Shown here: one piece after another, positions 26,402 through 34,984 of the stretch
Layout of the letters: each line of letters opens with the position of its first letter
Position numbering within the stretch: the first letter of the stretch is position 1
Assembly: GCA_902491795.1 (NCBI GenBank)
Contig: CABUIX010000001.1
Coordinates: 24,054 to 88,053 of the forward strand
Direction: 5' to 3'
DNA from: an uncultured Bacteroidales bacterium
GTDB taxonomy: Bacteria > Bacteroidota > Bacteroidia > Bacteroidales > UBA932
Length of the DNA stretch: 64,000 nt
The notes under the pieces: generated by a model
Database searches by the model: none
What the model saw: only the letters and a program-made list of their open reading frames with translations
What the model was told of the DNA's origin: nothing
Position numbers and translations under genes: made by a program

Positions 26402-27604
26402 ATGAAAAAATTGATTTTTATTGCAGCGCTTGCGGCAGCAATTCTCCCGGGCTGCACAAAGAACGAGGTCAAACCGGAAGTGCCAGACCAGCCCATCAGT
26501 TTCACCACGGCTGTCGGCTCAAGCATCACTAAAACAGTCATTGATGACAATGTCTTCCCGACAACAGAGCAATTCGCCACCTTCGCTTACTGGCTTGACG
26601 AAGGCGAGACTTGGCCTGACGATGCAACCAAAGCAAAAGAGTACATTCCGTTCGGGACTGACAGCAACTCAAGGACATTGGTAAGTTACGATGAAGAGCA
26701 AAACCTCTGGACCACAGCGACTCCTTACTATTGGCCGACAACCGGTTCACTGACTTTCTTCTCATTCTACCATCCTCAAATAAAAGAAGTAACTTTTGAC
26801 ACGACCAAGGGACTGCAGTTCAGCAGGGATCTCGCAGGGAGCGACGACCAGGGCAAGGACATCATGGTTGCCGATGTTGTAACAGAGCAGACCAAGAATA
26901 CCGATAATGCCAACGGAAGCGGCTTCAACGGTGTTCCCACCAAATTCCGTCATGTGATGTCCCAGGTAGTGGACTTCTTCATCAACACTGAAATGGACTA
27001 TACCAACGGCCATGGCGATGGTACCTGGCAGGCCGGGGACATCAGCATCACCCTCAACAGCATCAAGATTCGGAACGTATATGTAAAGGCAACCTACACG
27101 AGCGGACTTGAGCCATCCGAGGCCAATCCCGGCACATGGTCAGAATATGCAGCCGAGGGCGGACACATGGTGACCTACACATGGTTCGATGCCACCCAGG
27201 ACGATGAGTTCCAGGTGACAAGCACGAAAACCCAGGTTCCCGACGCAACAATAACGGTAAGCGAAGGCACTGACTCCTATGATGTCACCAGAGGCGCAAT
27301 CCTGATTCTGCCGCAGAGTTTCGTAAATTCGGAATATCCGGAGAACGCGGATGCCGACATCGAAGTAATATATACCATCACCTATCACATTGCCAACGGC
27401 GGCACAATAGAGGAGCAGATAACCAGAGAAATAAAGCTCGCCGAGATACATGCGGCTCAGAACAATGCATGGCAGATGAACAAGAAAATCACCTACAACC
27501 TCACCATAGGTCTCGACCAGATTCTCTGGGCTCCTTCAGTGGTAAGCTGGGATGACTCCGCGGTCGAGGAAGATCACGACGTAGATGTTTCGCCTACAGA
27601 ATAA
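26402..27604 (+). CDS. Fimbrillin-family (Mfa-like) type V pilin lipoprotein 1 (likely stalk subunit)
   Basis: Lipobox ILPGC. ISFTTAVGSSITKTV is an N-terminal strand with a basic residue. Also TPYYWPTTGSLTFFSFYHP, DIMVADV and VPTKFRHVMSQVVDFFI, the fimbrillin-like pattern shared with the next gene. Confidence 0.7.
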   Translation: MKKLIFIAALAAAILPGCTKNEVKPEVPDQPISFTTAVGSSITKTVIDDNVFPTTEQFATFAYWLDEGETWPDDATKAKEYIPFGTDSNSRTLVSYDEEQNLWTTATPYYWPTTGSLTFFSFYHPQIKEVTFDTTKGLQFSRDLAGSDDQGKDIMVADVVTEQTKNTDNANGSGFNGVPTKFRHVMSQVVDFFINTEMDYTNGHGDGTWQAGDISITLNSIKIRNVYVKATYTSGLEPSEANPGTWSEYAAEGGHMVTYTWFDATQDDEFQVTSTKTQVPDATITVSEGTDSYDVTRGAILILPQSFVNSEYPENADADIEVIYTITYHIANGGTIEEQITREIKLAEIHAAQNNAWQMNKKITYNLTIGLDQILWAPSVVSWDDSAVEEDHDVDVSPTE

Positions 27605-28637
27605 CGGCTGCGCACTGCTTGCGCTTGCGGCAATGCTCCTGTCATCCTGCACGAGGGATGACAGGGCGGCCTTGCCGTCTCCTGCCATAACCTATCAGGT
27701 AGTCCGGACCGCATCCAAGGCCGACGGAACAGGGACATACGACACAGACTGTCCTTTCGTGACCTGGGCCTGGTACCTCCCGGAAAACTCAGCCTGGAAC
27801 GGTTCAGCAGAATCAGCGAAGCTGTACATTCCTGCGGAAACCGTCTCGCACCGGAACGGCAGCTGGACCACTGACTCACCATATTACTGGCCTCCGACCG
27901 GGTCCCTGACCTTCATGTCGCTGAGTCCCGCCACTCTCGGCACCGAAGCGGAATGCACTGCCGACGAGGGAATAATCCTGAAACAGTACGACATAAGCAG
28001 CCGACAGGAAACGGACCTTATGGTAGCTGATGTGGCCAGCGACAGGACAAGCAATCCGGTGCCCACTGTATTCCGGCACAAGCTGTCCAGAGTGACCGGC
28101 TTCAGCATCAACACGGACAAGGACTACAGCATCACCGGCCAGGACGGCACGCACCTCAAGGGCAGCAAGCGCTTTTTCATCAACGGAATTTCAATCCTGG
28201 GGCTAAACAGCACAGGCACTTTCAAGAGCGGGGCAAACACGGGCGCGGCATCTCCGGGCGAATGGAGCGGCCTGGCATCTCCAAAGGATTTCGCATGGAC
28301 CGAAGCCATGGCAACAGAAATAGCATGGAGTCAGGAAGGCACCGGAATTCCCGGTAACGGGCCTGGATACATTGCCGTACTTCCCCAGACTCTCGCATCG
28401 CAGTCAATCCTGATTGAATACACCATAAGGACCTATTATGACGACTCCGCACCAGGCAGCGACGGCAACTTCTCGGAAGAGAAGATAAGCGAACAGGTCG
28501 CCCTGTCCAGCCTTATGCCGGCCTTCACCGTCAACACACGGGTTGCTTTCAGCATCACGATAGGTCTGGACAAAATGAACTGGTCTGCCGACGTCCAGAA
28601 CTGGGACGACAGGCAAGGCAGCGACACGACAATATGA
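27585..28637 (+). CDS. Fimbrillin-family type V pilin lipoprotein 2
   Basis: Lipobox LLSSC. ITYQVVRTASKA, SPYYWPPTGSLTFMSLSP, DLMVADV and VPTVFRHKLSRVTGFSI make it a clear paralog of 26402-27604. Confidence 0.7.
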   Translation: MFRLQNNGCALLALAAMLLSSCTRDDRAALPSPAITYQVVRTASKADGTGTYDTDCPFVTWAWYLPENSAWNGSAESAKLYIPAETVSHRNGSWTTDSPYYWPPTGSLTFMSLSPATLGTEAECTADEGIILKQYDISSRQETDLMVADVASDRTSNPVPTVFRHKLSRVTGFSINTDKDYSITGQDGTHLKGSKRFFINGISILGLNSTGTFKSGANTGAASPGEWSGLASPKDFAWTEAMATEIAWSQEGTGIPGNGPGYIAVLPQTLASQSILIEYTIRTYYDDSAPGSDGNFSEEKISEQVALSSLMPAFTVNTRVAFSITIGLDKMNWSADVQNWDDRQGSDTTI

Positions 28638-29548
28638 GAAACCTCAATTTGAACTTGATCTCCATGGCATCCGCGGCCCTTCTGGCCGTGGCGGCCGCAT
28701 CATGCTCCGTAAGGGTGAACGAAACAGAAAAACGGGACATCATCTTCGATGTCGCAGTGGCTGCAAATACACGAAACGCTTCGGCAGCAGCTCTTTTCCA
28801 CCCTGAAGACGTGGACATAGCAGTCTGCGGGTATTCCCTTCCCGCATCAATGTCATGGAGCAGCGGCAACCAATATGCCGTACTCGAGATGGACGGAGTC
28901 AGGGCCACTCACACGGAAGGACACATATGGGCTCCATCCGAAAGCCACAAATGGCCAGACGGTGACAGAACCATGACAATCTTTGCATATTCACCTTACG
29001 GACGCGGTGAATTCGGTGATGACGGAAGCATACGCGTGAACGACTATTCGGTTTCCGAAGGTGGCGACCTGATGTTCTGCGCGGCCGAGGACCGCAGCTA
29101 CAACACGCTGGGCAGAATCAATCTTTCGTTCACCAGAGCACTCTGCATGGTCGACTTCAGCGTGATGTCATCACTTGACTACTCCAGAACACCTACAGTT
29201 TCGAGGCTCGAGATCTCCGGCCTTTACTCAGAAGGAGACTTTTGCACACAACCTTCTCCGGTCTGGACCACGAAAGGCGAGACATGCGGTTTTCTCTTTT
29301 TCGAGGGAGAAACGCCAGTCACTGACCAGACCATTGATTTTGGTGAATGCCTTTACATGATACCGCAGGACGGCACAATGAAAATCACCCTTACCCTTGA
29401 CCTTCAGACAGGCGATGCCGTTCAGGAAGACCTGGTCCTGACCGCCGAGGAACAAGTCAGCTGGCAGACGGGCAAGCATTATTCATATATCCTCAAAATC
29501 GGCAACGACCTCCGACTCACAGTACAAAAAGCGAGTGCCAATGTTTGA
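28634..29548 (+). CDS. Fimbrillin-family type V pilin lipoprotein 3
   Basis: Lipobox AAASC. IIFDVAVAANTRNAS, HKWPDGDRTMTIFAYSPYG, DLMFCAA and INLSFTRALCMVDFSV. Its start is ATGA-coupled to the upstream stop. Confidence 0.6.
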   Translation: MRNLNLNLISMASAALLAVAAASCSVRVNETEKRDIIFDVAVAANTRNASAAALFHPEDVDIAVCGYSLPASMSWSSGNQYAVLEMDGVRATHTEGHIWAPSESHKWPDGDRTMTIFAYSPYGRGEFGDDGSIRVNDYSVSEGGDLMFCAAEDRSYNTLGRINLSFTRALCMVDFSVMSSLDYSRTPTVSRLEISGLYSEGDFCTQPSPVWTTKGETCGFLFFEGETPVTDQTIDFGECLYMIPQDGTMKITLTLDLQTGDAVQEDLVLTAEEQVSWQTGKHYSYILKIGNDLRLTVQKASANV

Positions 29549-30500
29549 CAGAAGAACCCTCATCGCAGCGGCAATTGCATCGCTCGCTGCCGCCGGATGC
29601 GGCAAACATACTGTACAGGAATCCGCAGGGATACCCATTTCGTTCAGCGGAAGTGTCGAGACGAAGGCACTGCTGGACAACTCCGGCCTGCAGGCAGAGA
29701 CCGTCCTCATCAACGACATCCATGTCGCCGGTGACGGGACACAGTCAATCTACATGAAGGACGTCGAACTTCAGCATGCCGGAGGCAGTTGGGAGACGGA
29801 TCCCGTCTACTACTGGACAAAGGGAGGATCACATCATTTCACGGCCCACATTGCCGGTCAGGGGCTGGACTTCATATCCGGAGGCAGCGACAGAAACGCG
29901 GACAGACTGAGCTCAACGGCCGAAATAACGCTGGGAACCGACAACCAGCCGGACATACTCTATGCATTTGCCGAACGTGACATGGAGACCGCCGCAAATC
30001 CCACAGGGACCGTAGCACTTGAATTCAGTCACGCCCTCGCTGCCGTAAGAATAAACATAAACAACATCAGCAGGAAATATTTCCGGCTTGAATCCTGCCA
30101 CTTTGAGGGCATCGGCACCACGGCCGGCATAGAAATTTACCGCAGTGGCGGACCTCAATTCAGCGGACTCTCCGGCCAGGAGACAAGTTCGTATGCCGAG
30201 AGCCACGACGAAACCATCTCGGAAGGTCAAACGCTCACGCTCTACGGCAACGCCGAAGCTGACGGCAGCCTCCTCGTATGGCCCCAGAATCTTGGCAGCG
30301 CCATTCTTGTTCTGGAATTTTTCGGCAGCCCCGACAGCCAGACAAGCGAAACACAAAAAATACCCCTGGCCGGAACAGGCCTCTCCAACTGGCTTTCAGG
30401 AAAAAGATACACTTACGACATAAATCTCTCAGACGAGAACATAAACGTGACTTTCAGCATAGTGCCCTGGACAGTCAATGACGTGACAATCAATACGTAG
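29535..30500 (+). CDS. Fimbrillin-family type V pilin lipoprotein 4
   Basis: Lipobox LAAAGC. IPISFSGSVETKALLD, DPVYYWTKGGSHHFTAHIAG, DILYAFA and VALEFSHALAAVRININ. Confidence 0.6.
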   Translation: MPMFDRRTLIAAAIASLAAAGCGKHTVQESAGIPISFSGSVETKALLDNSGLQAETVLINDIHVAGDGTQSIYMKDVELQHAGGSWETDPVYYWTKGGSHHFTAHIAGQGLDFISGGSDRNADRLSSTAEITLGTDNQPDILYAFAERDMETAANPTGTVALEFSHALAAVRININNISRKYFRLESCHFEGIGTTAGIEIYRSGGPQFSGLSGQETSSYAESHDETISEGQTLTLYGNAEADGSLLVWPQNLGSAILVLEFFGSPDSQTSETQKIPLAGTGLSNWLSGKRYTYDINLSDENINVTFSIVPWTVNDVTINT

Positions 30501-30508
30501 TGCGACAC

Positions 30509-31381
30509 ATGAGAAAGATTACAGCATACACTCTCGCCCTCGCCGCCATACTTTCAGGATGCGGGAAATCTCCCCTGCCCCAAACCGGCAGCGCCGAAAT
30601 TCTCGTCCTGTCAGATATGGTATCAGCATACGGCAGCCCCCTTTCAAAAGCGGAAATCAATGAAAACAACGCCTTAGGGAACACCCTGTATCTGAACGAG
30701 ACCCTGCGCAAGAGCTTCTCCATGAAGCCTCTGAACAACCCCGAAAACGGCATCTACGCCACCGGCAGCAAATGGGAAAGCGGTGAATATTCATTCTACG
30801 CATGCATGCATTCCGGCAACGGAATAAGCGGTGTTGCCGGTGACGGAAGGAGTTTCACTGTCGTGCAGCCGACAGACACACCTTCTGCAGACGGCTCCAA
30901 CGGCAGCTTCAGCGACTACCTGCTGTCATACACTTTCTATGTAAGCGACGGCAGTTCCCGTCCCATGGTCAGGCTGCAGATGGCACATGCAGTCTCATCA
31001 GTGGAACTTCATTTTGTCAAACCTGCAGGAGCGGCAGACACGAAGGTGCTTAACGCCAAGGTCAGCGGCGTAAAATATTCTGCATCCTACAATGTCAACA
31101 ACCACACGGACAGCGACATCAGGTGGACGGTTGTGACTGGCAGCGAAACTACGGACTATTCCCGAGTCACTGAAAGTCCGTCCGAAGAATTCAATGTGCC
31201 GGAAGAAGGTCCGGACGGCTCAATGTATCCGGACGGGAGCCTGTATTTCTCTTTCCTGACATGCCAGCAGGCTGTGGACAACGTGACTGACCCCGTGACA
31301 ATAAGCGTCGCATACGAAATCAACGGCCAGTCATTCAATGCGTCCTTCAGCCTTGACCAGGTTCAGGGAGTAAGCAACTGA
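30509..31381 (+). CDS. Fimbrillin-like lipoprotein 5 (divergent)
   Basis: I place the start at the ATG at 30509 (MRKITAYTLALAAILSGC lipobox). SKWESGEYSFYACMHSG, DYLLSYT and VRLQMAHAVSSVELHFV follow the same pattern more loosely. Confidence 0.5.
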   Translation: MRKITAYTLALAAILSGCGKSPLPQTGSAEILVLSDMVSAYGSPLSKAEINENNALGNTLYLNETLRKSFSMKPLNNPENGIYATGSKWESGEYSFYACMHSGNGISGVAGDGRSFTVVQPTDTPSADGSNGSFSDYLLSYTFYVSDGSSRPMVRLQMAHAVSSVELHFVKPAGAADTKVLNAKVSGVKYSASYNVNNHTDSDIRWTVVTGSETTDYSRVTESPSEEFNVPEEGPDGSMYPDGSLYFSFLTCQQAVDNVTDPVTISVAYEINGQSFNASFSLDQVQGVSN

Positions 31382-31505
31382 TGGCAGGGACAAAGACAAG
31401 ATATGCCGTCGTGCTGGATTCAGAAGCCAGACTCTACGGCAGCATTGCCCCATGGAATGACGGGGGCGAAATGGAAGGAAGCATGATACCTTGACGACAA
31501 AAGAC

Positions 31506-34500
31506 ATGAAACATATCGCAAGAATACTGACACCCGTGCTGCTGCTGTCCGCTGCAGCCGCATGCGTCCGCAATCTGGAGCCTGAAAGTTCAACTGAAAT
31601 AAGACTCAATGCAGGCATTTCTCCGGTTGCCACGGCTGTCAAGGCCAGCGGACCATACAACCCGGGCAGTACGGAGACATTGAACATCCAATTGCTGCGC
31701 AAAGAATATGACGGAAGCCATGCGGGCCCCCTGTCAGCAACCATGGGGACTCCCGATCCATCCAATTCATACCTCAGGCCAATAGAATTCGAGACTCCTC
31801 AGTTTTTCCCTGACAAGACCTCGGAAATCGGTTTCGTGGGATGGTATCCGACGGCAGCCGCAGAGAATGGCCTGAGTTTCGACAGCAGCACCGGGACCCT
31901 GGAATACGACATTCCGGGCGACACCGACATGATGGTCAGCAACTTTGTCCAGGGAAGCCTCGAAAGCGGGTTGGACCCGCTGGTCTTCTCGCATGCCCTC
32001 TGCCAGTACGCGGTTTCCGTATATGCAGTCGATGATGATGCCGCAGAACAGTGGAACGACTCCTACGGAACGATCAAGGAAATATATGTCGCAAGCCTTC
32101 CGTCCGGCATGACTCTGACCCTTCCTGACACAGAAGCCGAAAAAGCCTCATTCAGCTACTTCGGTGAAGACTCGCAATACACGGTCAGCACCGGCATCAG
32201 CTCACTTCCGGTCGGTTCAGCAGCCAAAGAACTCGCCGGGACAGTAATGGCCGCTCCGGCCTACGACGGAGCGATAACCGTGAAGGTACTTTTTGAGAAG
32301 GAAGACGGAACAAGCACTGAAAAGAACATTGTGTTCTCCAGGAATTTCAGTGCAGGGTACCGCTACGGACTTACCCTCAGGTTCAGTCACCGCGGCATAA
32401 TCGAAGCCGAAGCCACCGTGGAAGACTGGCAGGAAGTTGAGGTCGAAGTCGGACTGGAAGACGGCAAGACATATTTCGACCTTTCAGGAAACGGCACTTC
32501 AAACAGCTACATAGTGTCCTCAGCCAACCTTTCGTATTGTTTTGACTGCACCGTGAAAGGAAACGGAGTCAACACGGTCACCGACCATGACGGCAACGTG
32601 TTCAGGCTGCCCGACACTGATGTTTCCCTTTCACCCGACAGAATAGGCATAATAAGGTCAATGGCTGTCCTGAAGAAAAATTCCGACGGAAGCTTCAGCC
32701 CAGTTCCGGAATCGGAAAGGGACAATCCCGAGCTCATGCTGAGCCTCGACACCGAGACCCCGAGAGAAGGGAAGGTAATGTTCACCGTGCACGGCAATCA
32801 GGCAAACAGCCAGGACTATTCCCTGACATACAAGGGAAACGTGCTCATAGGCGCCTACAAAGGAGAGACGCTTCTGTGGTCGTGGCATATATGGATAACG
32901 GACAGACCTGACACCCAGGGATACGGGAACGGATATTCATCCCTTGACAGGAATCTGGGGGCAGTGGCTGACAATCCGGAAGACGTGGCCCAGAATGCCG
33001 GCCAGGATGCCGCACATGTGCTCACGACGGGATTTTTCTACCAATGGGGCAGGAAGGACCCGCTTTCGCGTTTCGACATAGACCCCGAAATGAACCAGGA
33101 CAACTGGCAATCCTTCCAGTCTCAGGAACTTGTGAGCATCAGCGAGGCCCACAAAAACCCCAGGGTAATGTACTGGTCCGGCAGTTCATCAGACTGGACT
33201 ACGGACACAAATGACCACCTGTGGGGATATTCAAACCAGAGAGACGACGTGGGGAAGACACTTTATGATCCCTGTCCTCCCGGGTACAGGGTTCCTGACA
33301 CGAAGGTATGGACTGAAAGCGCCCAATATGAACTGAAGCCGCAGACAGCAAGCGGATATGCCTACGGATATGTGTTCGAGATGGACGGCAACCAGTCAAT
33401 ATATTATCCTAAAACCGACTATCTCGGAGCGAGCGGCATTAGCGGACGCATAGAAGTCATGACGGCCGAGACTGACCCCAACAATCCTTACATATACCTC
33501 AACTCTGTCAGACCTCACATCTGCAGCGACTTCACCGGGGAGTCCGGCACCACGCCCGGACACGAGTCCCTTGCACACCACTTCGTGTTCAGCCTGGGAA
33601 TGGACGACAGCAGCGACTACATTCCGTACGAAAAGGACAAGGCCGGGGCAAGGGCAAACGCCATGCCGGTACGCTGCATCTCGGAGAATGCCGCATCAGC
33701 AACAACTGACCTGTCCTCTGTCCAGACGGCGAACTGCTATATGGTATCCCGCAACGGGTATTTCAAGTTCAGGGCGAACCGCAGGGGCAACGGAGTGGCC
33801 GGATTCAATTCCTACATCAACAATGACAACGCCAACACATATGTCGACATTTCCGGAGGCATAAATCCCGAGATTCCCGTCAACAGCGGCTGCCATGTGG
33901 ACCTTCTGTGGTGGCAGGGAGAACTCGAGGAAGGAGAGACATACCTTGAGTTTGTCGACGGCAATCCTACTTCGGCCGAAATAGCGGACAATGTCCCGCT
34001 GGCAATGGTCGACGGAGGAAAGCTTGATGACCAAGGCTACGCATATTTCCATGTCCGCGAGAACATGCCGTCATACGGCAATGCGGGCCTTGCACTATAT
34101 GACGAGAACGGAACTATACTCTGGACCTGGCACATCTGGTTCATCTCCAACGAGCAGAACGCCACCCTGGGAGACTATATTGTCATGTCCAGGAATCTTG
34201 GCGCAACCTATTCCCCTTACTCTGCAGCCGGAGACTTCAGCCTGCCGGAAAGCAGTACCGAAGAGACATACGGCTTCTACTACCAGTGGGGAAGGAAGGA
34301 TCCTCTTTTCGGGCCCGGCAAATGGTGCAGGAAATCCGGCGGGACCTGGAAAGTCGAGGACTGGAGCGAAGGTCCGGACAAGGCCCCCGCGACAACGCTT
34401 AGCGAAGTCATGTCAAATCCCCTGCACTTCTACACCAGCAGCAACCAGTGGTGGCAGACCACCTACACTCCAGGCACTGATATGATTCAGGAAATCCGTA

Positions 34501-34964
34501 ACTTCTGGGGATATGTGGGGCGTCAGGACGGCGGCCAGAATTTCGTGAAGACCATGTATGACCCCTGTCCTCCCGGCTACAGGATAATCAACAACCTGGC
34601 ATTCGAGAGCGCCGGCATGTGCCAATCCGTTGAAGAAAAAGAATTCAGCCTCAGTTTCGACAATTATTCTCTCTCGCAATCGGGCATAAGGGTTGACGGA
34701 AACGATGACGTGACCTCCACATACATAAACGGAGGTAACGTGTCCGCACAGATGCTCTGGCTGCCGAATTCCGGAATGATTGACAGCAGCGGAAACTATA
34801 TCCAGCAAGGCAGCAACGGATATCTCAATACCGCTACGCCCAACAAATCCGGTCAACAAATGCGCAACATACAATGGTATCCCGGAGATTCCTCTTACCA
34901 AATCAGCCAAAACGGCCAGAGCTATCACATCCCTGCAAGACCCGTACGCTGTCAGAAAGAATAA
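31506..34964 (+). CDS. Giant pilus-associated lipoprotein: N-terminal fimbrillin-like domain plus two tandem copies of a beta-sandwich/FISUMP-like lectin-type module (tip adhesin candidate)
   Basis: ATG at 31506 (MKHIARILTPVLLLSAAAAC lipobox). Fimbrillin pattern: IRLNAGISPVATAVKAS, FVGWYPTA, DMMVSNF, LVFSHALCQYAVSVYA. Module 1 (about 32463-33686) and module 2 (about 33687-34961) each contain AN(S/C)Y(I/M)V, LW(S/T)WHIW, RNLGA, Y(Q)WGRKDP, YDPCPPGYR and PVRC. Confidence 0.65.
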   Translation: MKHIARILTPVLLLSAAAACVRNLEPESSTEIRLNAGISPVATAVKASGPYNPGSTETLNIQLLRKEYDGSHAGPLSATMGTPDPSNSYLRPIEFETPQFFPDKTSEIGFVGWYPTAAAENGLSFDSSTGTLEYDIPGDTDMMVSNFVQGSLESGLDPLVFSHALCQYAVSVYAVDDDAAEQWNDSYGTIKEIYVASLPSGMTLTLPDTEAEKASFSYFGEDSQYTVSTGISSLPVGSAAKELAGTVMAAPAYDGAITVKVLFEKEDGTSTEKNIVFSRNFSAGYRYGLTLRFSHRGIIEAEATVEDWQEVEVEVGLEDGKTYFDLSGNGTSNSYIVSSANLSYCFDCTVKGNGVNTVTDHDGNVFRLPDTDVSLSPDRIGIIRSMAVLKKNSDGSFSPVPESERDNPELMLSLDTETPREGKVMFTVHGNQANSQDYSLTYKGNVLIGAYKGETLLWSWHIWITDRPDTQGYGNGYSSLDRNLGAVADNPEDVAQNAGQDAAHVLTTGFFYQWGRKDPLSRFDIDPEMNQDNWQSFQSQELVSISEAHKNPRVMYWSGSSSDWTTDTNDHLWGYSNQRDDVGKTLYDPCPPGYRVPDTKVWTESAQYELKPQTASGYAYGYVFEMDGNQSIYYPKTDYLGASGISGRIEVMTAETDPNNPYIYLNSVRPHICSDFTGESGTTPGHESLAHHFVFSLGMDDSSDYIPYEKDKAGARANAMPVRCISENAASATTDLSSVQTANCYMVSRNGYFKFRANRRGNGVAGFNSYINNDNANTYVDISGGINPEIPVNSGCHVDLLWWQGELEEGETYLEFVDGNPTSAEIADNVPLAMVDGGKLDDQGYAYFHVRENMPSYGNAGLALYDENGTILWTWHIWFISNEQNATLGDYIVMSRNLGATYSPYSAAGDFSLPESSTEETYGFYYQWGRKDPLFGPGKWCRKSGGTWKVEDWSEGPDKAPATTLSEVMSNPLHFYTSSNQWWQTTYTPGTDMIQEIRNFWGYVGRQDGGQNFVKTMYDPCPPGYRIINNLAFESAGMCQSVEEKEFSLSFDNYSLSQSGIRVDGNDDVTSTYINGGNVSAQMLWLPNSGMIDSSGNYIQQGSNGYLNTATPNKSGQQMRNIQWYPGDSSYQISQNGQSYHIPARPVRCQKE
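32463..33686 (+). repeat. Adhesin module copy 1 (protein-level repeat; boundaries approximate)
   Basis: SNSYIVSS...GETLLWSWHIWITD...LDRNLGA...GFFYQWGRKDP (33039-33062)...LYDPCPPGYRVPD...PVRCISE. Confidence 0.55.
33687..34961 (+). repeat. Adhesin module copy 2 (protein-level repeat; boundaries approximate)
   Basis: TANCYMVSRNGYFKF...NGTILWTWHIWFIS...MSRNLGA...YGFYYQWGRKDP (34281-34304)...MYDPCPPGYRIIN...PVRCQKE. Confidence 0.55.
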
Positions 34965-34984
34965 AAACATTTTATTGAGTCAGC